From Myxococcota bacterium (GTDB lineage Bacteria > Myxococcota_A > UBA796 > UBA2385): a stretch of 64,000 nucleotides of DNA. The translations under genes and the position numbers were made by a program. A model generated the notes under the pieces. The model searched no databases, was not told the origin of the DNA, and saw only the letters and a list, made by a program, of their open reading frames with translations. Location: NCBI GenBank assembly GCA_044344255.1, contig JBIJDH010000022.1:76044-140043 (forward strand), written 5' to 3'. The first letter of the stretch is position 1, and each line of letters starts with the position of its first letter. Of the stretch, positions 1-12,415 are shown piece by piece.

Positions 1-1017
1 GGAGACCTCCGCCGCGCCGCCGCCGTGCCGCGCTGCGTTCTCGAGCAGGTTGCGCAACAGGCGGCGGAGGAGCCGAGGGTCCCCCTGCAGGAAAGAGGGC
101 TCACCCTCGACGGTGGCGCCCGTGCGGACGGCCTCTTCGGCGGCGAGGGCGAGGAGCTCCACGGCCTCGCTGCGCGGGGGACCGAGGACCGTGTCCAGGC
201 GGCTCGCGAGGAGCACATCCTCGATGAGCGCGTCCAGCTCAGCCACGTCGCGGGTGGCGTCGGCCAGGAGCGCGGCGCGGGCGGCGGGCTCCGGGTCCCC
301 GTCCAGCAGCAGCTCGAGGGCCATCCGCAAGCGGGCGAGCGGGCTCCGGAGCTCGTGGGAGGCGCTGGCCAGCACCCGCCGCTGGCCGAGGACGAGGGCC
401 TCGATCCGCTCCGCCGCTCGGTTGAAGGCCCGCGCCAGCGCTGCGACCTCGTCGCCGCCCCGCACCGTGACCCGCGCGCCCAAGGCCCCACCACCGAAGC
501 GCTCGACCCCCGCTTGGAGGGCCTCGAGGCGGCGGGTGATGCGCCGGGCCAGGGGGTGGCTGCCGACCACGATCGTGAGGAGCAGCACGCCCAGCACCGC
601 AAAGAAGTGCTGGAACATCCCCGTGGTGTGGTCTCCCGGCAGGCTCACGCCCAGCCACCGCTCGTCGCGCAGGTGGATGGCCAGCGCTCCGCGGCCCACC
701 CACTGGACGGGGTCGGGATCGGAGACATCGGGCGCCGCTGGGGCCCCGCCCGAGCTCTGGAGGAGGCGGCCGCCCGCGTCCCACAGGCTGAGCGAGACCT
801 GGAGCTGCGCCGCCCGGGCCGATAGCGCCGCGCCCGTGGCCGAGGGATCGGCGGGGAGATCGGCCACCACGAGCTCGGCGAGGGCCACTGACTGTCGAGG
901 TGGCGGCCACCGGCTGGGGTCGGGGCCCGTCAGGCGCGCGGTCAGCGCGGCGGCCCCCACGCAGGCCACCGCCACCGCGATGAAGCCGACCGCGATCTGC
1001 CGCGAGAGGGAGCGCAT
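1..1017 (-). CDS. Membrane sensor histidine kinase (HAMP + HisKA + start of HATPase), CpxA-like; 3' end lies outside the window
   Basis: Missing from the ORF track because it has no stop in the window. My translation from ATG 1017 gives MRSLSRQIAVGFIAVAVACVG (TM), HAMP DEVAALARAFNRAAERIE, H-box ASASHELRSPLARL and N-box LLRNLLENAARHG. It lies directly downstream of the response regulator. Confidence 0.92.
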   Translation of the reverse strand, partial: MRSLSRQIAVGFIAVAVACVGAAALTARLTGPDPSRWPPPRQSVALAELVVADLPADPSATGAALSARAAQLQVSLSLWDAGGRLLQSSGGAPAAPDVSDPDPVQWVGRGALAIHLRDERWLGVSLPGDHTTGMFQHFFAVLGVLLLTIVVGSHPLARRITRRLEALQAGVERFGGGALGARVTVRGGDEVAALARAFNRAAERIEALVLGQRRVLASASHELRSPLARLRMALELLLDGDPEPAARAALLADATRDVAELDALIEDVLLASRLDTVLGPPRSEAVELLALAAEEAVRTGATVEGEPSFLQGDPRLLRRLLRNLLENAARHGGGAAEVS

Positions 1018-1019
1018 CC

Positions 1020-1703
1020 TCAATCTTGCCGGCTGGAGAAGAGGTAGCCCGAGCCCCGCACGGTGAGCACCCGCCGAGGCTCCTTCGGGTCGTCCTCGAT
1101 CGCGGCGCGGATCCGAGAGATGTGGACGTCGACGCTGCGGTCACCGTCTCCCTCCTCCCCCGTGACCCGCTCGGAGATCTGCTCCCGCGACAAGATGCGC
1201 CCCGCGCTCTCCGCCAGCACCCGGAGGATGTCGAACTGGTGGGCCGTGAGCGGCCGGGGCTCCCCGCCCAGCGTCACCTGCCGGCCCTCCCGATCGAGCT
1301 CCAGCCGACCGAAACGAAGGGGGGCGCTGGGAGTCGCGCTGGACACCCGCCGCCGGAGCACCGCGCGGAGGCGGGCCAAGAGCTCCCGGGGCTCAAAGGG
1401 CTTCGGGAGGTAGTCGTCGGCCCCGAGCTCGAGGCCGACGATGCGGTCGGTGGGGTCACCCCGGGCGGTGAGCATGAGCACGGGCACGTCGCTCTCCGCC
1501 CGCAGGCGCCGCAGCACCTCGAGGCCGTCCAAGTCCGGCAGCATGCCGTCGAGGATGACCGCGTCGAAGCCGCGCCTCCCGGCCGCGAAGCCGGAGGCGC
1601 CGTTGAGGCGCTGCTCCACGGTGAAGCCCGACGCGCCGAGGTAGGTCCCGAGCATGCGCCCGAGACGCTCGTCGTCGTCGATGATCAGGATGCGGGAGCT
1701 CAA
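1020..1703 (-). CDS. OmpR/CpxR-family response regulator
   Basis: Receiver motifs ILIIDDD, VILDGMLP, MLTARGD and DYLPKPF; winged-helix end DRSVDVHISRIR...LTVRGSGY. Start uncertain (TTG at 1703 chosen; ORF is open to 1766). Confidence 0.93.
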   Translation of the reverse strand: MSSRILIIDDDERLGRMLGTYLGASGFTVEQRLNGASGFAAGRRGFDAVILDGMLPDLDGLEVLRRLRAESDVPVLMLTARGDPTDRIVGLELGADDYLPKPFEPRELLARLRAVLRRRVSSATPSAPLRFGRLELDREGRQVTLGGEPRPLTAHQFDILRVLAESAGRILSREQISERVTGEEGDGDRSVDVHISRIRAAIEDDPKEPRRVLTVRGSGYLFSSRQD

Positions 1704-1726
1704 GGCGACGTGACCATCCGCAGAGC

Positions 1727-2380
1727 TTAGCGCGCGCGGCCGGGCCGCTCGCCTCGCTCCGACCAACCTTCGACGAGCTCCTGGCGCTGCTCGACGGTGA
1801 GGATGGCGGAGAGGCCCACCACGGCGTCGACGACGACGCGGCTGCCCTGGTCCGCGAGGGCGAGGCCGCGCTGCCGCACCCCCTCGAGGGCGGCCGGATC
1901 GACGGTCTCGGCGGAGACCGCGTCGAGCGCCTCCTCGTGCAGGTCACCCTTCTCGGCGTGGAGGGCCGCGAGGCGCGGGGCCAGGTCTCCGATGAGGGTG
2001 TCGATCTGCGCCATCTGCTCGTCGGTGGCGTCGACCCGGCCGAAGAGGTGCTCAGCGCCGCGGCTCATGTGCGACTCGATCGAGGCGGCGTCGACCTCGC
2101 CACCCCAGCCGTGGCGGCCACAGGAGCCGCCGTGGCCCATCGGACCGGCCCAGGCCCAGGAGATCGGCACGGCGATGAGGGCGAGCAGGGCGGCGCCCTT
2201 GAAGAGGCGTCGCAGGCCGCCCCGGCCGCCCCGGCTTCCCCGGTGGGCACAGCGGCCACCGGGACCGCAGCGTCCCGCGCGCCCCTCGGGGCCGGCGCCG
2301 GGGGTGGAGTCGGCGGAGGTGGGATCGGCGGGGCTGGCAGAGGGGGTGGGGTTCTCGGAGGACATATTCTCGGAGGACAT
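1727..2380 (-). CDS. Spy/CpxP-family periplasmic chaperone or metal-sensor protein
   Basis: Signal-like hydrophobic stretch, G/H-rich segment, and two LTxxQ-like motifs (DATDEQ, ILTVEQR). Upstream of the RR-HK pair, as in cpxP-cpxRA-like clusters. Confidence 0.75.
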   Translation of the reverse strand: MSSENMSSENPTPSASPADPTSADSTPGAGPEGRAGRCGPGGRCAHRGSRGGRGGLRRLFKGAALLALIAVPISWAWAGPMGHGGSCGRHGWGGEVDAASIESHMSRGAEHLFGRVDATDEQMAQIDTLIGDLAPRLAALHAEKGDLHEEALDAVSAETVDPAALEGVRQRGLALADQGSRVVVDAVVGLSAILTVEQRQELVEGWSERGERPGRAR

Positions 2381-2525
2381 GGGAGCTCCAGGGCTGGGTT
2401 GAGTCCACCGCGGCTCGCGGTGGCTCTCCTCACTTCGCCCCCGACCATTTCGCCCCCGTTTCGCCTCCGTGAAGAAGTGTGAAGCGACCGTTCACCCGGG
2501 GCCGCTCCTCGGCACCAAGGGGCGA

Positions 2526-4322
2526 CTATCCGCCGAGCCGCTCCAACATCGCCGAGCAGCGGCCCTGCTCCGCTCCCTCGAGGCGCGGGCAGGCCGAGCC
2601 GAGCACCCGCCGGGCGTCCTCCCGCCGCTCGGCCTCGGCGAGCTTGGAGCCGAACCAATAGAGGTCAGTCGGCGAGGTGCCCGGGCGGGTGGCCACCCGG
2701 AGCGCGCCGGTCCAGTCGCCCTGCTCGACGTAGATGCGGAGGCCGAGGCCGGCGATGCCGCGGTCGAGGTCGGCGTTGTCGGAGGCCGGGGCCTGGAGCG
2801 CCTCCGCGATGAGGGCGAGCGCGCCCGCCCCGTCGTTGGCCTTCTTGCGCATCAGCGCGTGGTTGTAACGCGTGACCGTGGGCACCTTCGCCCCGGTCGT
2901 CTGGGCGAAGAGGAGGTCGGACCGCCGCAGGTCGCCGAGGTCTACCGCGCAGCCGTGGCCCATCACCGACATCTTCGCCGCGTCGCCGCCCTGCAGCTTG
3001 AGCTCCTCGAGGGCGGCCCCCACGGTAGACAGGCAACCCTCGGCGTCGCCGGCCTTTCGGAGGGCGACGGCGAGGTTGTAGCGGTCGGCCGAGTCCGTCG
3101 AGCGGCCGAGGGCCTCCCGGGCCTTCGGGCCCAGGTGCTGCGGGCTCGTGGTGGCGAGCTGCCCGGCGGCCTGGAGCAAGCGGAAGTGGCCCGGCCAGCC
3201 CGCGAGCCCGCCTTCGACGGCCGCCCCGGCCTCGGCCCCCTTGCCCTGGGCGAGCCGGAGCCGGGCGGTCGCCGCGGCGAGGTTGGCCTGGTCGCCCATG
3301 CTGCCCTTGAGCTCGCCGAGCCGCTTCTCGGCGGCGGAGTAGTCTCTTGCTTCGATGAGGAAGACCACGAGCTGCCCGGCCCCGTCCCCCATCATCTCGC
3401 GGAGGCGCGCCTCGTCGGAGGCGGTGAGGATGCCCGTCATCGTCCCGTTCTGGTGCAGATCGATCCAGGGCTTCCCTTGGAGGCCCAGCGTATAGTCGGC
3501 CTTCGCCCCCGCCCGGTCCCCCGACATCTCGCGGGCGCGGCCGCGGAGGAGGAGGGCCTGCACGTCATCGGGCCGCTCCTGGAGCAGGGGCTCGAGCACG
3601 GTCTTCACCGCGGCCCAGTCATACTCATTGGCGTGATCGACCGCCTGCGCCAGCACCACCATCCGGTCGAGCCCGAGGCGGCTGGCCACCGTGCCCACGC
3701 TGTCGACCCGCCCGCCCACCCGCGTGATGGCGGCGGCGATGAGGTCGAAGGTGGCCGCGTTCTTACAGGCGGGGAGCCGGGCCTCGGCGGTGGCGGAGTC
3801 ACCCGCCTCGGCGGCGAGCTGGACCTCGAAGCAGGCGATCACCGGGTCAGGGAGCTCGGCGCGGGCGGCCTCGATGTCGGCCCGGGCGGCCGTGAGCTCG
3901 GCGGTGCGCAGGTAGACCTGCTGTAGCGTGGCGTGGGCCTCGATCGAGCCCGGATCGGCGCTCACGGCCTTCTTCGCGTAGCTCCGCGCCGCGTCGAAGT
4001 CCTGGCGCACGAAGGCGAGCTCGGACAGGGCCACCAGCAGCTCGACCTGTCCGGGGAAGGCGAGGATGGCCGCGTCGAGGGCCGCCTTGGCCTCCTCGAG
4101 CCGCCCTTGCCGCAAGAGCGTGAGCGCGAGGCCGTGCTGGGCCATCCCGCAAGAGGGGTCCCGCGCCAGCACGGACTTGAAGGCGGCCTCGGCCTCCGAG
4201 AGGCTGCTCCCGCCGAGCGCGGCGATGCCCTTGCTGTAGGCCTTCTGGTCGCGGGCCTGGGGTGCCCAGTCGGCCCGGGCGGGCGCGAGGAGGAGCGAGA
4301 GAGACAGCAGGAGGGTCCACAT
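2526..4322 (-). CDS. Secreted tetratricopeptide-repeat protein
   Basis: Signal peptide MWTLLLSLSLLLAPARA and repeated TPR-like helices (e.g. AEAAFKSVLARDP...AQHGLALTLLRQGRLEEA). Confidence 0.8.
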   Translation of the reverse strand: MWTLLLSLSLLLAPARADWAPQARDQKAYSKGIAALGGSSLSEAEAAFKSVLARDPSCGMAQHGLALTLLRQGRLEEAKAALDAAILAFPGQVELLVALSELAFVRQDFDAARSYAKKAVSADPGSIEAHATLQQVYLRTAELTAARADIEAARAELPDPVIACFEVQLAAEAGDSATAEARLPACKNAATFDLIAAAITRVGGRVDSVGTVASRLGLDRMVVLAQAVDHANEYDWAAVKTVLEPLLQERPDDVQALLLRGRAREMSGDRAGAKADYTLGLQGKPWIDLHQNGTMTGILTASDEARLREMMGDGAGQLVVFLIEARDYSAAEKRLGELKGSMGDQANLAAATARLRLAQGKGAEAGAAVEGGLAGWPGHFRLLQAAGQLATTSPQHLGPKAREALGRSTDSADRYNLAVALRKAGDAEGCLSTVGAALEELKLQGGDAAKMSVMGHGCAVDLGDLRRSDLLFAQTTGAKVPTVTRYNHALMRKKANDGAGALALIAEALQAPASDNADLDRGIAGLGLRIYVEQGDWTGALRVATRPGTSPTDLYWFGSKLAEAERREDARRVLGSACPRLEGAEQGRCSAMLERLGG

Positions 4323-4491
4323 GGCGGGCTACCTCGTCCGATCAGCGGCGGGGTGGGAGGTCGACGTGGCAGTCTGACACGCGGGAGGCCGGGCCGTTCC
4401 CCCCGCGGCGCGGCGGCCTCGCCAAGGGGCTGTCAAGGGCAGGAGCCGACGCCGGGAGGCGACGACCGGGCAAGCTAGTTAGGTCCATGGG

Positions 4492-5688
4492 ATGACGCTC
4501 CCCGACCAGCTGATCCTCGAACGATTCCGATGCTTCCCAACCTGGGTCACGCTGCCGCTTAGTCCCATCACCCTGGTGTACGGCTCCAACAACTCAGGGA
4601 AGAGCGCGTTGCTCCGGTCGCTCGCCTTGCTCGGAGCGTCGCTCGAACCGAACGGGACCACAGCCATCCGTTTGCCCGAGCAGGCGTTCCCCGGTTGCCG
4701 CTTCCAAGACCTCGCCTGGCAGGGAGATTACGGCAGCTACGCTTGGAAGCTGGGCGTACGCTGGTCGCAGTCGGAGATTTCCGAGGCGTTGTTCACGCTC
4801 AATGGCGCAACAGACACGCCCCCCTTCATCGCCCGACTGGACTTGCGGAGCCCAGGGTCGGTCCCCCCTTGGCGAGCCATGGCCGACGAGGATCGACGGC
4901 TGATCGATCCGCGAGCCGGTACCCCGCTTCCGTTCGACGGCCTGATACCTGCCACGGACGCCTTGGACGACCTGCGAAGTCAGCTACTGCCGCTCCGCGG
5001 AAAGGTGCGCTGGCTCGCCGGGGTGCGCCAAAAGGTCCCGAGAGTCATAGAGGCCCCCACGCAAGCGATACCGTCGATGTTCGGTGATGGAGAGGGATCC
5101 GCCCACGCCGTGGCGTTCGACTCCGACCTCCGTGAGGACGTTGCGAGTTTCTACGAAAACCTCGACTCGCCACGTCGATTGGAGGTGCACGAGTCGCCGC
5201 CACTTGGTCGTTGGCTCTCCCTCAACCCGAAGAGCCAACCGCTGTGGAGGGTCCACATCAACGACACGGGGGAGGGGATGGCCCAGGTCCTCCCTGTGTT
5301 GACGCAGGCGGCCCTGACAGCCCGAGAGGGGGGCTTGCTCGCGGTTGAAGAGCCAGAGAGCCATCTCTACCCCTCGGCGCAGCGCACTTTGGCCCGACAC
5401 ATCTGCTCGCTCAGCATGCGCAACAGCTCCCCCAGGTACATCCTGGAGACTCACAGTCGCGTTTTCCTATTGGCCGTCCAATTGGAGGTCGCCAACGGAT
5501 ACCCTGCAGACAACGTACGAATCGTGTGGGTCGACCAGCTGCCCAGCGGACGAAGCAGCACCACGGTGCTCAAGCTACGCGATGACGGGCACCTCAGCGA
5601 CGGTTGGCCTCCCTCCGCGCTGGGTGAAGACCTCGCGTTAGCGCGAGAGCTGTCGAGGTTGGGTCGTCGTCGAGAGGAGGGTCGATGA
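4492..5688 (+). CDS. ABC-type (AAA_15/AAA_21) ATPase with DUF3696-like C-terminus; probable defence ATPase
   Basis: Walker A GSNNSGKS, signature-like DTGEGMAQVLP, Walker B/D-loop LAVEEPESHLYP, H-loop ILETHS and C-terminal LRDDGHLSDGWP. No transporter membrane partner nearby. Confidence 0.85.
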   Translation: MTLPDQLILERFRCFPTWVTLPLSPITLVYGSNNSGKSALLRSLALLGASLEPNGTTAIRLPEQAFPGCRFQDLAWQGDYGSYAWKLGVRWSQSEISEALFTLNGATDTPPFIARLDLRSPGSVPPWRAMADEDRRLIDPRAGTPLPFDGLIPATDALDDLRSQLLPLRGKVRWLAGVRQKVPRVIEAPTQAIPSMFGDGEGSAHAVAFDSDLREDVASFYENLDSPRRLEVHESPPLGRWLSLNPKSQPLWRVHINDTGEGMAQVLPVLTQAALTAREGGLLAVEEPESHLYPSAQRTLARHICSLSMRNSSPRYILETHSRVFLLAVQLEVANGYPADNVRIVWVDQLPSGRSSTTVLKLRDDGHLSDGWPPSALGEDLALARELSRLGRRREEGR

Positions 5689-6830
5689 TAATCCACCTTT
5701 CGAATGATCTGTTTGACCATCCAAACGAAACCGAGGACCGGACCCTTCGAAGATTGATCTCGCGCATTGCAGACGATGACGATATCCACGCGCTTCTTAT
5801 CGAGCCCGAAAGCGTTCCAGCGGACGAGCAAGATCCAATAAGGACGTGGATGAGTCGGCTTCACGAGTCCGACCAGCGTACATTCATTTCCTTGTGCAAT
5901 CATGGGCCTCTCGTTCAACAAATGAATTACCCAGGAGCACCTTCCCATCGGCCACACTGCTGGCGAAGGCCCGGACCGCTTGAGGTCCACGTCCAGCGAA
6001 GGGCTGGTAGCGACTGGAAGAGCCTCCACCTCTGCCTGTCGGACACTCTGGACCTCCTCCAAGAACCTATTCACCTATATCTTGAAAACGCTCGGCACGA
6101 CTTCCGATTTGTACACTTTCTAGGCAGCTCTCATCACCGAGCAAGCCTATCGCGCTTAGAGACGTTGCCAGCACGAATGGTAATCCATGGAGGAGGCACC
6201 GGGGAACTTCACGGGTGGCTGCGCCCGTTGGCCGAAAAGGATAACATCAGCGCGGTTGAGATGCGCCGTATTTGGAAGAGTTGGGTCCTCTTTGACAAGG
6301 ACGCAGCCGAATCCGATGCGCGACAACCGAGCGACTCTATCCTTAAGCTCATCTCTCTTTGCGAGCGGGTTTTGGCACAACACGGGGTACCCATTTCCTG
6401 GATCTGCCTCCAACGAAGAGAGATCGAGTCATACATCCCCGATGCAGGATTGCCTCGCAACACACAGAAGCGGAAAAAATTTACGCGACTCCGGGACCGT
6501 CAAGACCGGCGAGACTGGGCCTGGGCCTACGACATGAAGGGAGGATTGCGAGGCGATTTGGTTGCATCTGTTCCCAAGGCACGGAGGGATCAGCTCAATG
6601 CGATTGGCCAAGTCCCGCAGGCACAAGAATTGAAGTCACCCTTCAACCAGCTCGATCCCACGGAACGACGGGAGCTCGCGCACGGATTCGGCAACAGCGT
6701 ACTGAACGCCGCACTCACCAAGGATCCTCCTCCCGAATGGCTCGATGAGCTCGCCGCCGAGTACGACCGAGGCCCCGACTACCAGCTCCCGCGCGCCGAG
6801 CTCCTCCAATCTATATTTGACAGGATGTGA
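5685..6830 (+). CDS. Hypothetical protein with TOPRIM-like motifs; putative nuclease effector
   Basis: Overlaps the ATPase stop (ATGA). Motifs LYLENARHD, HGGGTG, VLFDKD (DxD) and LQRREIESYIP. Lower GC than the flanks. Confidence 0.6.
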   Translation: MIIHLSNDLFDHPNETEDRTLRRLISRIADDDDIHALLIEPESVPADEQDPIRTWMSRLHESDQRTFISLCNHGPLVQQMNYPGAPSHRPHCWRRPGPLEVHVQRRAGSDWKSLHLCLSDTLDLLQEPIHLYLENARHDFRFVHFLGSSHHRASLSRLETLPARMVIHGGGTGELHGWLRPLAEKDNISAVEMRRIWKSWVLFDKDAAESDARQPSDSILKLISLCERVLAQHGVPISWICLQRREIESYIPDAGLPRNTQKRKKFTRLRDRQDRRDWAWAYDMKGGLRGDLVASVPKARRDQLNAIGQVPQAQELKSPFNQLDPTERRELAHGFGNSVLNAALTKDPPPEWLDELAAEYDRGPDYQLPRAELLQSIFDRM

Positions 6831-6831
6831 G

Positions 6832-8469
6832 ATGAGCGAAATGCTTGAGCGGACCAGTTTTGACACGCCGACCCTCCCTCGCCTCGCGATCATCATCGCG
6901 GAACTCCAGCGTGGGGTCTACCAAATTCCGGAGTTTCAACGACCCTCCGTTTGGGAAGACGACCAAAGACTGGGACTGATGGACAGCATCGCGAAGGGTC
7001 TACCCATCGGTAGCATTTTGGTATGGAGGTCGTCAAAGCACGTGCTCCAAACCTATCCCAGCGTAGCCGGTATTCCGGTTCCGAGATCGCCCAAAGAGGT
7101 TGACAAGCGCACCTACCTGATCGACGGCCACCAGCGGATCTCAACCCTGTTCGGAGCACTAGTTCGGCCCACTCACCCACGCACAGGTCGAGACGCCAAG
7201 CGTTGGCCGATTTACTACGAGCTTGGTACGTCCGAGAGCCCAGCATTTAAGCTTCCTCCGGTACGTGGGGAAGTGCCAGCGCACTGGCTGCCGCTGGACA
7301 TCCTGCTCGACAACAGGGCACTCTTCCGGTTTCGCGAGAGGCTATTTGCGAAAGGAGAAGACGCCCGAGCGGACGAGGTGGAGCGAATTGCCAATGTTTT
7401 CAAAGACTACATCATACCCGTCGTTCCCCTCGTAACGGAAACATTGGACCTCGTGACCGACGCATTCGTTAGGATCAACAGTCAGGGTTCCGATATGACC
7501 GAAGCACACATGCTCCGAGCATTAACCTTTCTCAAGGGTGACATCGACACTGACCGAGGGTTCAAGCGCATTCGGGAAGCGCTCGAGCCGCTCGGCTGGG
7601 GGGAAATCCCAGACCAACCGCTGGTCAACAGTCTGAAGGCGGCGCTAGACCTAGATGTGTATCGGTCCTCTGTCACCGAAGTCAACGCTGCACTCCAAGA
7701 GAATCCCACGGCGCTGCTTCGGCTGCAAAAAGCGCTTCTCGAAGCTGTGTCCCTGCTCGCCAACATCGGGGTGCGTGGCTGGGGCGCTTTGCCGTACGCC
7801 TACCAGTTCGTCACCCTCGCCGCGCTGGCCTATCGCGATCTTGGTAGTCTGCAACGCAAGGAAGGGCCGCTGCGGCAATGGTTCTGGCGAACAACATATA
7901 CGGAGCATTTCACGGGACAAACGGGCGGACAGATTCGCCGCGAAATTGACGTGCTCTCGATGATGCCCGACGACGGGGAAGCGGATATCGCGAAGGGGGT
8001 TGATGTCCCGGCGCTTAGCGGAAAGTTTAGGCAGGGAACAGTGCGAATCAAGGCCTTCCTCCTCTTTCTCGCGAGCAAGCCGAGCACAACCGAGGCGCGG
8101 GAGCGTAGACAGGAGGTTCTCGCTAAACTGCTTGGTTCGGGACGAGAGCGGAGGGCACTGTCCCTTATCATTCCGAAACTTGGGGCTATCCCCGGGAACA
8201 TTGTGCTCGCCGAGCAAGTAGAATTGGGCACAATTCGAAAGACAATGACAAGCGGTCACCTCTCTTCGGAGCAAGCTGACGAGTTTGCCGTTCAAGGGCA
8301 GTTCGCAAACGCCTCATCTCTTGAGAGTCAGCGGACTCCGCAATGGATGGAACAGCGAACTGCGGTTCTGATCGCCGATGAAGCCACCTTCATCCGCAGC
8401 TTTGGCATCTCCATCACCGCTGGGAGCGGGGCGGAGCGGCAGGACGAGGGCGACGACGACGACGCCTGA
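6832..8469 (+). CDS. DUF262 (ParB-like/GmrSD N-terminal) domain protein
   Basis: Hallmark motifs IPEFQRPSVW, LMDSIAKGLPIGSILVW, LIDGHQRISTL and FVRINSQG. ATG 6832 follows the upstream stop by 1 nt. Confidence 0.88.
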   Translation: MSEMLERTSFDTPTLPRLAIIIAELQRGVYQIPEFQRPSVWEDDQRLGLMDSIAKGLPIGSILVWRSSKHVLQTYPSVAGIPVPRSPKEVDKRTYLIDGHQRISTLFGALVRPTHPRTGRDAKRWPIYYELGTSESPAFKLPPVRGEVPAHWLPLDILLDNRALFRFRERLFAKGEDARADEVERIANVFKDYIIPVVPLVTETLDLVTDAFVRINSQGSDMTEAHMLRALTFLKGDIDTDRGFKRIREALEPLGWGEIPDQPLVNSLKAALDLDVYRSSVTEVNAALQENPTALLRLQKALLEAVSLLANIGVRGWGALPYAYQFVTLAALAYRDLGSLQRKEGPLRQWFWRTTYTEHFTGQTGGQIRREIDVLSMMPDDGEADIAKGVDVPALSGKFRQGTVRIKAFLLFLASKPSTTEARERRQEVLAKLLGSGRERRALSLIIPKLGAIPGNIVLAEQVELGTIRKTMTSGHLSSEQADEFAVQGQFANASSLESQRTPQWMEQRTAVLIADEATFIRSFGISITAGSGAERQDEGDDDDA

Positions 8470-8535
8470 CAACCCCGCCCGAGTCGGCCCGCACTCTCCG
8501 GTGGCGTTCCCCGTTTGCCGTGGCATGTTGTCCGA

Positions 8536-8574
8536 CCTGGACGACCGCCCTGGACGACCGCCCCTGGAGACGAC
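8536..8574. repeat. Short tandem repeat CCTGGACGACCGC x2 plus a degenerate third copy containing the RBS
   Basis: Exact copies at 8536-8548 and 8549-8561, then CCCTGGAGACGAC immediately before ATG 8575. Confidence 0.8.
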
Positions 8575-11736
<3,162 letters not shown>

Positions 11737-11741
11737 AGCCC

Positions 11742-12152
11742 GTGCGCTCCGCCCGCGACGCCCTGCTCGAGGCGATGATCCCCGCCCCGGGCGCCGGCCT
11801 CCCCGCGATGGCCGAGCTCAATCTCGCGCCCTTCTGGGCCCGGTTTGACGCGGTGGCGCCCCTCCCGCTCCGCCTCGGCTTCGGCGGAGTGGCGCTGCTG
11901 CTGGTCTACGCGATGCCCTGGCTCCTCGGCTTCGGCCGCCCCTGGGGGCGCCTCTCGCAGGGCGAGCGGGACCGGCTGCTCGAGCGCTGCGCCGCCTCGC
12001 CGCTGCTCGGGCCCACCCAGGACCTCGTGAAGCTCGTGGCCTGCTTCGCATACTTCGACGACGGGCGCGTGCAAGCCACCCTGCGCGCAGGGCGGGGCCT
12101 CGACGGTCGGGGCCGCGCTCGAGCGTCTATCGGGCTCGACCCCGCCGGCTGA
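11742..12152 (+). CDS. Small hypothetical protein, resembling the partner subunit often found beside GMC oxidoreductases
   Basis: RLSQGERDRLLE...LVKLVACFAYFDDGRVQ pattern; upstream of the GMC gene. Confidence 0.55.
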   Translation: MRSARDALLEAMIPAPGAGLPAMAELNLAPFWARFDAVAPLPLRLGFGGVALLLVYAMPWLLGFGRPWGRLSQGERDRLLERCAASPLLGPTQDLVKLVACFAYFDDGRVQATLRAGRGLDGRGRARASIGLDPAG

Positions 12153-12415
12153 GGAGGCCGGCGTCGCGCCGCCGGGCACCCCCGCGTCCGTCGAGGGGGA
12201 CCGCGTCCGCCCGTCGCCGGCGCCCTCGCCCGTCCCGGGAGGCTGCGCCGCTCCATCGCGCTCGCGCTCGACGGGCGAGGGTGAGCCTGAGGCGCCATCG
12301 GGCCCCTTCCCAAGCGTCGAGCCGCAGCGTACCTTGCCGACGTGGACGCCCGCATCGCCTGCCTCGACGACCCCCACCACCCGCGCGCGCACACCACCCG
12401 GCGCGGCGCTCCCCG

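Larger units (their letters stand above)
4476..8469 (+). other. Lower-GC three-gene island, probably horizontally acquired
   Basis: Counted lines: 5701-5760 = 29/60 GC and 7021-7080 = 33/60, against 45/60 at 3541-3600. The three genes are tightly coupled. No integrase or att site is seen and the boundaries are approximate. Confidence 0.75.

Noticed and set aside
25..1144. ORF-track entries 25-825, 50-1066 and 239-1144
   Set aside because: Off-frame or antisense to the histidine kinase running from 1017 to beyond position 1.
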